A stretch of 64,000 nt of DNA from contig MFNL01000002.1 of the NCBI GenBank assembly GCA_001782035.1, positions 188,865-252,864 on the forward strand, in the 5' to 3' direction. Positions 38,226-49,100 of this stretch are shown piece after piece. Position 1 is the first letter of the stretch. The number at the start of each line of letters is the position of its first letter. The notes below the pieces were generated by a model, which was given only the letters and a program-made list of their open reading frames with translations, searched no databases and was not told the origin of the DNA. The position numbers were made by a program, and so were the translations under genes. Source of the stretch: Candidatus Levybacteria bacterium RIFCSPHIGHO2_01_FULL_37_17. Lineage in GTDB: Bacteria; Patescibacteriota; Microgenomatia; Levybacterales; UBA12049.

Positions 38226-39338
38226 CTGTGGCAGAATGGGCTGGCCAGAGACAACGCGCAAGATATCATGAAGCGTAATTAAAGCAATAAGCCCAAGTAA
38301 AAACGCCATTCCAACAGTATGAGCAATGCTTTCGGCTCTTGGGCTCACTTTTCTTCTTGTAACACCTTCGTAAATTATGAACATTAGCCTTCCTCCATCC
38401 AAAGCTGGAATTGGCAAGACATTAATTATTGCCAAATTAAGCGAAAGAAGAGCAATAAAGGATAAAACTGCTGAAGGGCCTATGGCAACAATTGTTCCTG
38501 TAAGCTGGGCTATTCCAACAGGACCTGCGACATCCGAAGGCACTTTTCCTTGCGTAAATACCTGGACAAGTGTATTTGATAAACCCTTGAGTATTAATCC
38601 TGTCTGGCCTAAGACTTCTTTTGTTCCAACAAATGGCGCCTCCCAAATTGGATATTTCTTGATTTCGAAATTGGGAGTAATTGCAACTCCTATGGGACCC
38701 TGGTTTTTCGGATAAGTTTTGCGGGGAGTAACTTTGACCACTCTTTCTTTTTGCTGATTTTGGACTTGTAAAGTAATTTCGCTTCCTAAATGTTTTTTAG
38801 TTAAAGACACTAATTCAGCCGGATCATCAACGACTTGCCCATTTAAAGTTTCAATAACATCCCCTGTTTTAATACCTGCTTTTTCCGCAGGAGAACCTTT
38901 TATTACTTCCCCTACTAAAACATGTTTTGCAGGAACCGCTACGCCTACAAAAGAAAAAAGCACAGAAACAATTACAACTGCCAAAACAAAGTTCATAAAA
39001 ACTCCGGCAAAAACAACAGCAAATCGCTGCCACACAGGTTTACTGTAAAATGCCCTGCTCTCGTCTGATTTTGAGGGTTTTTTTGCTTGTTTTGAATTTA
39101 AAACGCGTCCTGCACCTGCTTCATCTTCTCCGTATAATTTTACAAACCCACCAATTGGAAGCCAGTTTATAGAATAAATTGTCTCACCTATTTTTTTACC
39201 AATTGCCCGCGGTGGAAGCCCAAATCCAAATTCCTCGACTTTAATGTTGAAAAACTTGGCAACAAAGTAATGCCCTGCTTCATGAATTAAAACCAAAATT
39301 GAAAGAATTACGAGGAAAACTAAAACTGTTATTAACAT
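38217..39338 (-). CDS. rseP: RIP metalloprotease RseP
   Basis: HEAGH, GGFVK, PDZ, N.LPIPALDGGR. Confidence 0.95.
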   Translation of the reverse strand: MLITVLVFLVILSILVLIHEAGHYFVAKFFNIKVEEFGFGLPPRAIGKKIGETIYSINWLPIGGFVKLYGEDEAGAGRVLNSKQAKKPSKSDESRAFYSKPVWQRFAVVFAGVFMNFVLAVVIVSVLFSFVGVAVPAKHVLVGEVIKGSPAEKAGIKTGDVIETLNGQVVDDPAELVSLTKKHLGSEITLQVQNQQKERVVKVTPRKTYPKNQGPIGVAITPNFEIKKYPIWEAPFVGTKEVLGQTGLILKGLSNTLVQVFTQGKVPSDVAGPVGIAQLTGTIVAIGPSAVLSFIALLSLNLAIINVLPIPALDGGRLMFIIYEGVTRRKVSPRAESIAHTVGMAFLLGLIALITLHDILRVVSGQPILPQLK

Positions 39339-39371
39339 ACAACTCTAAGAGTATACCAGAACTCTAAATTT

Positions 39372-39929
39372 TTATGAAGATTTGCGCTGGGCTGGATCTC
39401 TTGGGGGCTCGAATTGGCCAGGCAAAATTTTCATTATATCTACATTAATCTCTCTCTTATTTCCGGCTGTGAACGTAACCGTTTCTCCGGCTTGCCTTCC
39501 ATAAATGGCATTCGCCAAAGGCTGTCCAAGGTGTATTGCCCTTAGAATTCCCCCGTCATACTTTCCAAGCATATGATAGTCCTCCATTGTTTCTTCTCCT
39601 TCATACTTTATTACCACAGTGTTTCCTAATTTTACTCTGTCTGTCTGTTGACGTGGATTAAGAAGTCTTGCGTTCTTAAGAATGTTTTCAAGCTTGGAAA
39701 CATTGGCAGTTGTCTCGTAAAGGTCTCTAAGGGAAAGCGATGCTGCAGCTTGATCTCTGTAGTCTTCGTGAACCGGAACACGCTCTCGCCTTACTTCTAT
39801 TAATCTCTTTCTCTCTTGAGCAAGTTCTTGCTCAAGTCTGTCAAAGGTTGCTTGAGTCATTAAGTCCTCTGTTTTCTTAAGTGCCTGCTCAATTGCGTTT
39901 GATCTATCTTGTGAGTCTCTTCTTTCCAT
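39372..39929 (-). CDS. GreA/GreB-like factor, atypical
   Basis: Coiled coil; V.LG..V, PLANAI.G..GETV; no GDLSEN. Confidence 0.7.
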   Translation of the reverse strand: MERRDSQDRSNAIEQALKKTEDLMTQATFDRLEQELAQERKRLIEVRRERVPVHEDYRDQAAASLSLRDLYETTANVSKLENILKNARLLNPRQQTDRVKLGNTVVIKYEGEETMEDYHMLGKYDGGILRAIHLGQPLANAIYGRQAGETVTFTAGNKREINVDIMKILPGQFEPPRDPAQRKSS

Positions 39930-39975
39930 AACAAAGCGGATTCTACTATATCAAACTATAAATGTCAAAGGGGAA

Positions 39976-40530
39976 TTAAATAGACATTAGCTCTTGCTCT
40001 TTTTGCTTTCCTAAATTGTCAATTTGGGAAATTGTCTCATCAGTTAATCTTTGGGCTTCTTTTTCAAGTCTTGCTTTATCATCTTCGGAGATTTCCTTGT
40101 CATTAAACTGTTTTTTTATTTCGTCCATTAATTCGTGCCTTACCTGACGCACTTGAATTCTTCCTCCTTCTAATTTTTGATTGACTAAATGCACAAGTTC
40201 TTGCCGTCTTTCTTCGGACAATGGCGGTATAGAAATTCGAATTAACTGGCCGTCGATAACAGGATTAAAACCAGTCCCCGACTCCTGTATTGCCTTGTGA
40301 ATCTCGCCTATTATAGAACCGTCAAACGGGGTTATTACCAAAGTTTGAGCGTCAATTGCTGCGATTTGAGCAAGCTCCACTACTTTTAATCTTTGTGTTC
40401 CGCCATAGGCAGCTACAACAAGGTTTTCAACTAAAGCAGGACTTGCCTTACCTGCCCGAACTGTTGCCAAATCGGCCTTGATTACATCAAGCACCGCATT
40501 CATTTTTTGAGATGAAGAATCCAAATTCAT
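39976..40530 (-). CDS. frr: Ribosome recycling factor
   Basis: VRAGKASP, IPPLSEERR. Confidence 0.96.
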   Translation of the reverse strand: MNLDSSSQKMNAVLDVIKADLATVRAGKASPALVENLVVAAYGGTQRLKVVELAQIAAIDAQTLVITPFDGSIIGEIHKAIQESGTGFNPVIDGQLIRISIPPLSEERRQELVHLVNQKLEGGRIQVRQVRHELMDEIKKQFNDKEISEDDKARLEKEAQRLTDETISQIDNLGKQKEQELMSI

Positions 40531-40554
40531 TGAAGAAATAATACCAAATAAACA

Positions 40555-40707
40555 GAAAGAATGCGAGGTTTGGAATTTTCGAAAGGATACTCGAGCTAAC
40601 AGAAGTAGATACGAACTAAAAGAAGTTTATGAACAAATCGGAGAACCGAATTAAAACAAAATTAGCGAGCGTAGACTTGTAGAAAATTACGAGGCTAGCA
40701 GTCTTTC
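40555..40707. repeat. Long imperfect palindromic element between tsf and frr
   Basis: gaaaga/tctttc, tgc/gca, aattttc/gaaaatt, tac/gta, gctaa/ttagc. Confidence 0.65.
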
Positions 40708-41154
40708 CTAAACTTCAAATCTTTGAATTTCGGCAACTGTAATATTTTCTCCGAGTTTTGCAATTGCGCTCTTAATTAAATCTGAAATTTTAATTCCAGG
40801 TTCTCTTATATATTCCTGCTCCATTAAGCTGTCTACGTCTTTTGGGTTTAACGCCGCAACTTGCATAGCCAGCTCATGTGCCAGGTGTTTAAAATCTTCG
40901 GTTCTTGCTACAAAATCTGTTTCACACAAAAGCACTACAACGCTGCCAATTTTGCCGTTTTGATGAACATAAGACTCAACCAAACCCTGTGCAGTTTCTC
41001 TTTCAGCCTTTTTTTCTGCCTTTTCAATGCCATGTTTTTTAAGCCACTCCAAGGCTTTTTTTTCATCATCTCCCGTTTCTTCCAATGCAGCTCTTATATC
41101 TGCAATCGAAACACCTGTTTGGTTTCTTAATTTTTTTAAAAGTTTTATATCCAT
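40708..41154 (-). CDS. tsf: Elongation factor Ts (short form)
   Basis: LR..TG, CETDFVART, GENI. Confidence 0.95.
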   Translation of the reverse strand: MDIKLLKKLRNQTGVSIADIRAALEETGDDEKKALEWLKKHGIEKAEKKAERETAQGLVESYVHQNGKIGSVVVLLCETDFVARTEDFKHLAHELAMQVAALNPKDVDSLMEQEYIREPGIKISDLIKSAIAKLGENITVAEIQRFEV

Positions 41155-42077
41155 TACTTTTTCTCCTTCTTAGTTTTTGTTATTTTTGAACTTTTTGCCG
41201 TTGTTGCAATTTTTGGCGTTGAGCTCTTAGTTTTAAGTTTTAAGTTTTCAGCTTTCTTTGGTTCCTCTTTTGCAGCTTTTGAACTTAAATCTTGAGTTTT
41301 TTTCTTTTCTTTCCCTTCCGAAGCCTCAGCTGAGGAGGGTTTTTCAATTTTTTGCGCTTTTACACCTTCCAAAAATGCGTCAAGAATGTGCTCTACTATT
41401 AAACTTACGCTTCCGACAGCATCGTCATTTGCAGGGATAGGCCAATCAATTAAAAGAGGGTCTGCGTTTGTATCAACAATTGCAACTGTTTCTATGCCGC
41501 GGTTTCTTGCTTCCTTAACCGCCAACTCTTCCAAATGTGAATCAACTATAAATAGAGCTTGAGGCTCTTCTTTCATGCCGGAAATTCCGCCGTACAAAGC
41601 CTCAAGCCTTTGTCTTTCCTTATCAAATTGACCTAATTCCTTTTTGGTATATTTTGCGCTTTCTTCATCACTTTTTAAAAGTTTTTTTAAGTCTTCAAGT
41701 TTTTTTAAGTTCTTAGACACTTCTGAAAAATTAGTAAGCGTTCCGCCAATCCAGCGGTCTGTTACATAAAAAAGGTCTTGAGAATCAATTTTTTTTGAAG
41801 CTTCTATTTCTTTTTTTGTTTTCTTAACTGCATCCTCCACGGTTTGCTTTGCCTGTTTTTTAGTAGAAACAACGAGTAAGCTTGAGCCTTTTTTTCCGAA
41901 TTCTTTGACAAACTCAGAAGCAGCATCTAGCCCTTCTTTGGTTTTTGCCAAGTCAATAATTTGGATTCCTTCTCTTGCCTCGAAAACAAAATCCCTTGCT
42001 TTTGGGTTGCTTCGTATTACTTGATGGCCGAAGTGGCATCCTGCCTCAAGAAGTTCTTCAAGTGTAATTTCTCTCAT
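41154..42077 (-). CDS. rpsB: 30S ribosomal protein S2 with K-rich tail
   Basis: LLEAGCHFGH, RWIGGTLTN, DTNADP, PANDDA. Confidence 0.97.
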   Translation of the reverse strand: MREITLEELLEAGCHFGHQVIRSNPKARDFVFEAREGIQIIDLAKTKEGLDAASEFVKEFGKKGSSLLVVSTKKQAKQTVEDAVKKTKKEIEASKKIDSQDLFYVTDRWIGGTLTNFSEVSKNLKKLEDLKKLLKSDEESAKYTKKELGQFDKERQRLEALYGGISGMKEEPQALFIVDSHLEELAVKEARNRGIETVAIVDTNADPLLIDWPIPANDDAVGSVSLIVEHILDAFLEGVKAQKIEKPSSAEASEGKEKKKTQDLSSKAAKEEPKKAENLKLKTKSSTPKIATTAKSSKITKTKKEKK

Positions 42078-42190
42078 TAATTAATGTCCTTTCTGCTTCT
42101 AGCGAAGCATTCCACCATTCGGACTTTTAACTTTACGAACTTTATGAACTATAAAACCCGTACAGGACACTGTACCGAATGTGAGTGATC
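42078..42190 (-). promoter_or_regulatory. Structured rpsB 5' leader (putative S2 autoregulatory RNA)
   Basis: cattcgg/ccgaatg outer stem, gtacag/ctgtac and tgcttc/gaagca hairpins, SD GAAAGGA; TGTATAAT upstream. Confidence 0.6.
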
Positions 42191-42253
42191 CAAGAATTAT
42201 ACAAAAAGTAAGGTATGTTTGCAACAGAGCTAGCTTTTCTATAAAATTAGGAA

Positions 42254-42898
42254 GTGAAATTTATTCCTCTCAAAACCGCAGCCCTTATTGTTTTTCTGGC
42301 AGTACTTGCAGGCATACTATATTATATAGCGCTTCTTCCCCAAAAGCCCAAAGTTAATGAAAACGCTTCAGAAGTAAAAACAGCGGCAACTACATTATCT
42401 GTAGAAAACACCAAAAGGGCCACAGACGGTAAATATTATTCAAATGTCTTAATCAATACAAACGGAAACAGTGTTACTTCGCTGCAGCTTGAATTTTCAT
42501 TTGATAATAATTTCTTGGAGTCTGTTGAAATCAAAAACGGAACTTTTTTCAAAGAAGCAGTTGATATTGTTAAAAAAATAGACCAGGAAAACGGAAGAAT
42601 AACTTACGCGTTTGGAGTATCAGCCGGGCAGGATGGAGCCTCAGGCAAAGGAGTAATTGCAACAATTTATTACAGCCCGATTGACCCTGCTAAAGAAACC
42701 ATAACTGCAATTAAATTTTTGCCAAAAACAGAAGTTAGCGCCTGGGATTTTTCTGGAAGCGCATTATCCGGTACATTTGACGGAATAGTAAGTATTTCCG
42801 CAGCTACCCCCACGAAAGCTCCGACTCCAACTTTTGTACCATTTACTCCGACTCCAACACCAGAAGGCTTTGTGCCACCCCCAGGCTTTACACAATAG
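42254..42898 (+). CDS. Cohesin-domain surface protein with Pro-Thr tail
   Basis: TM, cohesin-like beta pattern, PTPTPT. Confidence 0.7.
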   Translation: MKFIPLKTAALIVFLAVLAGILYYIALLPQKPKVNENASEVKTAATTLSVENTKRATDGKYYSNVLINTNGNSVTSLQLEFSFDNNFLESVEIKNGTFFKEAVDIVKKIDQENGRITYAFGVSAGQDGASGKGVIATIYYSPIDPAKETITAIKFLPKTEVSAWDFSGSALSGTFDGIVSISAATPTKAPTPTFVPFTPTPTPEGFVPPPGFTQ

Positions 42899-42963
42899 AA
42901 ATAGATAATAGAAGATTGATGCTAGAGGTTAGATGTTGAAGTTGGAAAATAGATACTCGATAA
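42896..42963 (+). repeat. Heptamer array (TAGA-N3), about 10 units
   Basis: tagaaa tagataa tagaaga ttgatgc tagaggt tagatgt tgaagt tggaaaa tagatac tcgataa. Confidence 0.75.
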
Positions 42964-42972
42964 TAATCTAAA

Positions 42973-43335
42973 GTGATTAAAACGTTTCGAGACCTCGAAG
43001 TTTATAAAGAATCTTACGATTTGATGCTAATTGTTCACAAAGCACTTAGAACTTTACCTGTTTTTGAAAGAAATGAACTGGCTTCTCAAATAAGACGTGC
43101 TTCTAAATCTTGTCCTGCAAATATTGCAGAAGGCTGGGCCAAAAGAAGATTCGAAAAAGAATTTAAGCATCACTTAGATAGCGCTTTGGGATCTGCAAAT
43201 GAAATGGAAGTGCATATAGAAACTGCAAGAGATTTAAACTACTGGCGAAAAGATTTCTGCGAGAAGTTACTTGATCGATATCAAAAATTAGGCGGAAAAC
43301 TGACTAACTTACAGCGTAATTGGAAAACCTTCTAG
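42973..43335 (+). CDS. Four-helix bundle protein (23S rRNA IVP/TIGR02436 family)
   Basis: FRDLEVY, E...L..QIRRAS.S..ANIAEG, GSANE. Confidence 0.92.
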   Translation: MIKTFRDLEVYKESYDLMLIVHKALRTLPVFERNELASQIRRASKSCPANIAEGWAKRRFEKEFKHHLDSALGSANEMEVHIETARDLNYWRKDFCEKLLDRYQKLGGKLTNLQRNWKTF

Positions 43336-43382
43336 GTTCTATCTTCAACCATCAAATTCCAGCTTCGAGCTTCCAGTTTCTA
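43331..43382 (-). repeat. Complementary heptamer array (N3-TCTA), about 8 units
   Basis: tcta ggttcta tcttcaa ccatcaa attcca gcttcga gcttcca gtttcta. Confidence 0.75.
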
Positions 43383-43413
43383 TCGTCAAATAAATGTGTG
43401 CTATTATTAAGTT

Positions 43414-44061
43414 ATGCCGGATTCTGCCCAGATAGAACAAGAGCTACAACAAAGACAAGGTGTTGCTAAAGAAGACACACTTCCTCCTGTTGAAAATAAA
43501 GACTTACAATATGTCCCAACGACTCAACAGGTTTTGTATGCCCCGCCCAAGGTGCCATTCTCTCAAAAATATTTAGTTCCGGTTTGGAACGTATTAAAGC
43601 TATTTATCCCCGAAGTTATTATATTTACAGTTTTTATTCTTATTTTTGCCTACGCTTTAAATTATTTTAATTTCATTCCTCTATCGACAATGTATCCAAA
43701 GTATTTTTCAATCTTGCCTCACCGCTACGATGGCGAGGGAAATACTAAGAAGCTTTCAGACATAAAATACTCATCGGATTTAGACGGTTACCGAATGCAA
43801 GCAACTTTTTATAAGGCAGACACAGAAAGAATTTCAGTTTTACACAAAGGTAAATACGTAGAGCTTTTGCGAGGGCCCGAGCTTTCCTGTAACACACAGA
43901 CTACAAAAAAAATATCACAAACAGAAACGGAAACTTTAGATAACCCGGCATTTTGCAGCGATGTATTGTCTGACAAAAGCAATGGTAAAAAAGTAGACAT
44001 TACTTTTAAAAGAAGTTCCGACAAAAGCAATCTAGTAAACTACATCATAATTCTTCAATAA
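43414..44061 (+). CDS. Hypothetical single-TM protein
   Basis: TM followed by LNYFN..P.S..YP..F..LPH. Confidence 0.65.
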   Translation: MPDSAQIEQELQQRQGVAKEDTLPPVENKDLQYVPTTQQVLYAPPKVPFSQKYLVPVWNVLKLFIPEVIIFTVFILIFAYALNYFNFIPLSTMYPKYFSILPHRYDGEGNTKKLSDIKYSSDLDGYRMQATFYKADTERISVLHKGKYVELLRGPELSCNTQTTKKISQTETETLDNPAFCSDVLSDKSNGKKVDITFKRSSDKSNLVNYIIILQ

Positions 44062-44184
44062 AATTCTAATATTGGTGGGTAAAATAATTGTTCGAAATTC
44101 TGTACTTTAGGTTCAAAATAGTCAAACTATGAGTCTATTTTGCCACTTGACAAGAAATTTTCCTTATAGTAATATGGGATAGAT

Positions 44185-44862
44185 ATGCATAAGGAACGAT
44201 TATCTCCTTGGAAAGCAGCGGCTGGAGCAGCTGTTTTTTTATTGGCTGAGGCATGCGGAAGCAATGTTCCTACTACACCAAATCCTACCAGAACACCGGA
44301 GGCAACCCCCTCCCCTGTTCCATCTTTAGTTGTAACACCAACACCTGAAGTTACACCAAGCCCATTTATTACACCAAGCCCATCACCCGAAATCACACCC
44401 TCACCCACTCCAGAAATTACACCAACACCTGAAGCTACACCAATACCAATTGATGCGTTAATCAACCAGATTATCGCCGATGCCGAACAAAACGGCTGGC
44501 CAACAGTTTCTAAGCAAGACGTAACCGACAGCATTAATAATGCCTATGAAAATGATCCCGAAGCAGCAGCGATAATTAATCCAGAAAATAATACTTTAGA
44601 AAGTGAAGTGGTAAATAATATTTGGAATACGTGTTCAAGAGACCCTGATCCGGCTGTAAAAAGGCAGGTTTGCGCAGTACTTTTTGGACATGCGTATTGG
44701 AAAGGGTTCAGTATAGATGAAAATAGTATTTGGATACAAGATCCTCAAGGGGGAAACAATGCTACGCTACCTAATATCGTTTATTTTACGCATGAAATTT
44801 TAAACTCTCAGGATTTTGAAACTTTTACGAGTATCGCATCGGACCTCGAAAATCCTTTTTAA
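44185..44862 (+). CDS. Putative lipoprotein with PT/PE repeats
   Basis: LLAEAC lipobox-like; TPSPTPE repeats. Confidence 0.6.
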   Translation: MHKERLSPWKAAAGAAVFLLAEACGSNVPTTPNPTRTPEATPSPVPSLVVTPTPEVTPSPFITPSPSPEITPSPTPEITPTPEATPIPIDALINQIIADAEQNGWPTVSKQDVTDSINNAYENDPEAAAIINPENNTLESEVVNNIWNTCSRDPDPAVKRQVCAVLFGHAYWKGFSIDENSIWIQDPQGGNNATLPNIVYFTHEILNSQDFETFTSIASDLENPF

Positions 44863-44904
44863 CGCTTGACAAAAACCTCGATTTTCTCTTAATCTAATTA
44901 TGAG

Positions 44905-45624
44905 GTGTTAAATTTGCTTCTTAATAAAAGGATAGTCATTCTATCTGTTTCTCTCGCTGTAGTTCTTCTTTTTATAACAGCTACGATTTATGTACTAAAT
45001 ATGAAAACTACTGGATCTCCCCTTATGGGTTACGAGAGTCTAAAAAATAAAATTCAGGCCGCGAAAAAAATAAATAGTGTCTCTAATCATTCAAGTTTTA
45101 ATACAATGCTCGAACTGATAGCAAGTTTAGATAATGAAAATTTAACCAAAGAACAACAACTAAGTCGGGTTCGTTTGGCTTGGGGCTACTTATTTGACAC
45201 TTATTCAGAAACCAATAACCACGAGCTATATAATCTTTCCAAAGAATACAAAAAATTTGGAGAAGCAAATTTCAACGATTTTAAAATTAACGTTCAGTGC
45301 TTAGATCCAGATTGTGCGGAAACTCCAACATCACAAGAAATTCTTGGAATAATAGAAGAGATAAACACTAGTACCGTTGCAGCGAATTTCAAAACAAGTT
45401 ACGTGCAGGATCTAAAAACTTTCAGCTATATTAATAACTCACAAGCAGAAGTAAAAGTGAAAAATTACCTAACTTTAGCAGATTCCATCAAGGTAAATGA
45501 GGAGTTCATCAAGGCTGGAAATAACCTAATAATTTATGACCAAATTAGGCAATATGTACAGAAAAACTATCCAGAACTTTATAAAAAATGGGCCAACCAT
45601 GTGTTTATCGGCAATACGCAGTAA
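44905..45624 (+). CDS. Hypothetical exported helical protein
   Basis: N-terminal TM; CLDPDC. Confidence 0.6.
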   Translation: MLNLLLNKRIVILSVSLAVVLLFITATIYVLNMKTTGSPLMGYESLKNKIQAAKKINSVSNHSSFNTMLELIASLDNENLTKEQQLSRVRLAWGYLFDTYSETNNHELYNLSKEYKKFGEANFNDFKINVQCLDPDCAETPTSQEILGIIEEINTSTVAANFKTSYVQDLKTFSYINNSQAEVKVKNYLTLADSIKVNEEFIKAGNNLIIYDQIRQYVQKNYPELYKKWANHVFIGNTQ

Positions 45625-45631
45625 AAATATC

Positions 45632-46183
45632 TTGAAATTCAAAAACAAATCCATCAAAAAAAATCTAGGAAGCAAAATGCTAATTGTTGTTTTGCTAGTA
45701 ATTATTTTGGTGGAATTTTCATTTATCGTTGGCGGTAGAAAACTAGATTTTTTCTCTACGATCCAAATTGGACAGCAGCTAACACCCACACCATATCTAA
45801 ATCCCGCATTTAACACGGACAGTCTTTCCATGCTTACATATTGGCAAAAAGGAGTAGTTAGCTCGGCAAAAACCACAACGGAGTTGAAAGGTACTATAAT
45901 TAAAATTGATACTAACGGGAAAGTCAGTGAACACGGATGGCCTGCTTTTAATTACGCATTAAAAATTAGAATACAAGGCGAAAACGGTGATGGAAACGAT
46001 ATTTTTATAAGCCCTAATGAATTACAAAAAACAGCTTTTAATAAAATGATGACGGACGGCATTAAAATTCCAATTAGTAGTGAAGATTTAAAAATAAACG
46101 ACAAAATACAAGTTTTTCTGACTTTCGATTTAACAAAGGATTTTAGAAATAATTTTGATAAAGCAGAAATAATACAACTTTAA
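45632..46183 (+). CDS. Hypothetical single-TM protein
   Basis: TTG 45632 (or ATG 45677) avoids overlap with upstream gene. Confidence 0.55.
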   Translation: MKFKNKSIKKNLGSKMLIVVLLVIILVEFSFIVGGRKLDFFSTIQIGQQLTPTPYLNPAFNTDSLSMLTYWQKGVVSSAKTTTELKGTIIKIDTNGKVSEHGWPAFNYALKIRIQGENGDGNDIFISPNELQKTAFNKMMTDGIKIPISSEDLKINDKIQVFLTFDLTKDFRNNFDKAEIIQL

Positions 46184-49100
46184 TGATGAAAAATAAAATT
46201 ATTACGTTTTTTCTTTTCCTCTTAACATTCTTGATTTATAGTTTTTTTGTACTATCCCCAAAATCTACTAATGCGGTTTTGGTTGAGGGTGGAACTAGCG
46301 GAGGCGGAACAAGTGGAAACACAAAAATTTGCATTTCTAACTACAATAGCGGGACATCATGGGAAGTAAAGTTAATCTATACTGACGTTTCTACGGGCGA
46401 TACATATAAACCAAGGCTTTATAGCGGATATGGTTATTGCGATAATGATTTTCAACCAGGTACTCTATACGACAGTAATGATCGATTACAATGGCTAACT
46501 GCGTGCGTAGATCCAATATCTAATATAAAAGCAAATATAAATGTCTCTTGTCGAAGCTATGATGCGTACAATACTGGCGAGTGTAAAAATATTGTTGGTG
46601 ACGAAAACTCTATAAGCTGTGGCCAAGCTTATGGCGCATGTGGTGGACCCTATGATTACCCGGTTCCTGGTGCCGGCAGCGCAGGCTCATATTCTGACTG
46701 GGCAGAGGGCTATGGACAAGTTGCTTTTGGCACATGTCCGATTCCAAATGACCACCCTGGGCTAAAAACAAGCGCGAGTTATAATAATTTCCGGTGTGCA
46801 TACCAAGGAAATGTAAGTCGTCCAGATAAAGTCGGCTGTAGAAATAGTTGTCATTACCAGGACTGTACGAGTGGAGGTAACTGGAGAGAGGATAGAAACT
46901 CTCCCAAGTGCGATTCAGTGCCTGGTTGTGGAGCACCACCTTGTACTGCGCCGGGGACGCCAAGTGGATTTTCCGAAAGCAGCAGCTGTAATTCAAACGA
47001 TCAAGCCAACCTTGCAATAGATTGGAGCAATGTAACCGGCGCAAATTCTTATGACATACGGTGGGGTCCATCTTCGACAAATCTAAACAGCGGAATACTA
47101 GATACGGGCGGCACTTCTGCTTATACAATACCTGCAAGCCAAGTTAACAACAATACCACTTATTACTACCAAGCTCGTGCGACAAAAACCTGCGGGGGCG
47201 GCACCAACGGAAGCTGGAGCTCTGTACAAAGTGGTACAACAAGATCCTGTGTTACTGCTACAAACACACCGACTCCGGTGCCTAGTACAAGGGATTTAGT
47301 TGTATCAGGCTTTACTTTTCCGGGCGGAAATGTAGGATCAAGTGTAAATCCCACTGTAAGGATCAGAAACCAGGGCAACACAGATATTACCGGCAGCTTT
47401 GATGTAAGAGTACGAAGTAAGCAAAATGGAAGCGGCAATAACAGAACGGTTACTATAACAGCTGATATGGCCGGAGGACAAGAAAGAGATATCTCTTCGA
47501 ATTTTACTGGGATGACGCTACCCGTAACAGCTGGAAATTACACTGCCGATGCAACGGTTGACTCAGGAAGTGACATTAGCGAGTCAAACGAGAGCAATAA
47601 CACTGCAACCGATGCGTATAGCACAACCGAGGCCTTATCAAGTATTTATGTTAATGCGTATAATGATCCAACAGGAAATTGCAGTGGAACAACCAGAGTA
47701 GCCGGCGCAAGAGTTAGCATGGATGGCGGACAGTCTCAATCTGTTGCTGCAACAAATCCTGGATATACTTATTCAAATGTTTCTGCAGGAACACATACTC
47801 TAAATCTCACACCTCCAACAAACTACAATCTTGCGTCTTGCAGCAGTAACCCTAAAAGTCGAACCGTTCCTCCTAATGCAACTGTAAATTATTATGTTCA
47901 GCAAGACCCGCCTGAATGCACAAGCTTAACTACAAGCAGAAGCTCTGTTAACCCCGGTCAAAACGCGACATTAACTGTAAACGGCTGTCCGGCAAACGTA
48001 AACTATACATGGTATACACCAGGCCCCGGCACTTTCTCGGGACAATCTAATAATACAATCGTCTGGAACTCGCCAAATCCATATTACACTGATACTTATG
48101 CTTATCCAAGCGTTATGGTCTGTTTCAGCGGCGGAGGCTCATGTTCGGCTTATGCCTTATCTAACGGCTCTGCAACCAGCAATCCACCATTACAAGGAAT
48201 TCATATAGTTCCGCTTTTTAGCGTTACAGGAAATCTGTTTGAGGATGTTGCTAATTCTCAAAGTAAAGGGGCACAAAGTAATTTTGCGGGCAGCTTTACC
48301 ATAACAAGAAACCCTGCAGTAGGCGCAGTAACAACTTACCAAGACGCCCGAGTTCCAAATTATAGAATAGATAATTTAACTCCCGGAAGCTACACGGTTT
48401 CCCTAAATCCGGTTCCTTCCGGCTATAGCGTAACCTACCCGCTTAACGGACCGCCCCCAAGCTTTAACATTACAGTTGGAGCAGGCTGCAGCGAGAATTC
48501 ACTTGATGCAAGCTGCGACGTAAACGGAAATATTAATGGCCTTAACTTTGGAGTTACAAATGTTTCGCCCTGGATTCAGGCCGAAGGATCTGACATTAGA
48601 GCATTTTCAGGCTCGTTTATAAATCAGATACCCCCTGGTGCGCCATCTTGTGGAAGTTTTTCCAACTTGGATAATGCGACAAGCGGAACACCGGGGTTAA
48701 TATTCTCAAGCGGATCACAAGACCACCAAAGCGGAGCTGTTTCGAGCAAAAACTGGAAAGTAACAGGCTCAAGCTACGACTGCTCTGGCTCCAAAACTAC
48801 CTACAGCTATATTAAAAATATAGTAACAAATAATGGAATTACACCACAAAGCCTGCCAGGATGCGTGTCTTCGGGCAACGATGTAAACTGTAACACAGCT
48901 TCTTGGGGAAGCCTCGCCAATGGCGTATATGAAGTAAACGTGCCAAACGGAACAGTTAATATAAATGGAAGCGGATATACCTTCCCTACCGGTAAGGACT
49001 ACGTAATTTTAGTTAACGGAAAAATAAAAATAAATGAGGAGATTCACGTTCCTAATACTTCCACTGCTACTTTTGCATCTACTAATGACCTAACTATTGC

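Noticed and set aside
42973-43335. Diversity-generating retroelement (Avd-like protein)
   Set aside because: No reverse transcriptase and no TR/VR pair differing at adenines was seen in the window
44270-44450. Tandem DNA repeats that might suggest CRISPR (also 57160-57370, 58150-58260)
   Set aside because: Degenerate codons of Pro-Thr linkers; no constant repeat with unique spacers and no cas genes
45536-45631. Long overlap suggesting a frameshift between two surface genes
   Set aside because: An in-frame TTG at 45632 or ATG at 45677 removes the overlap
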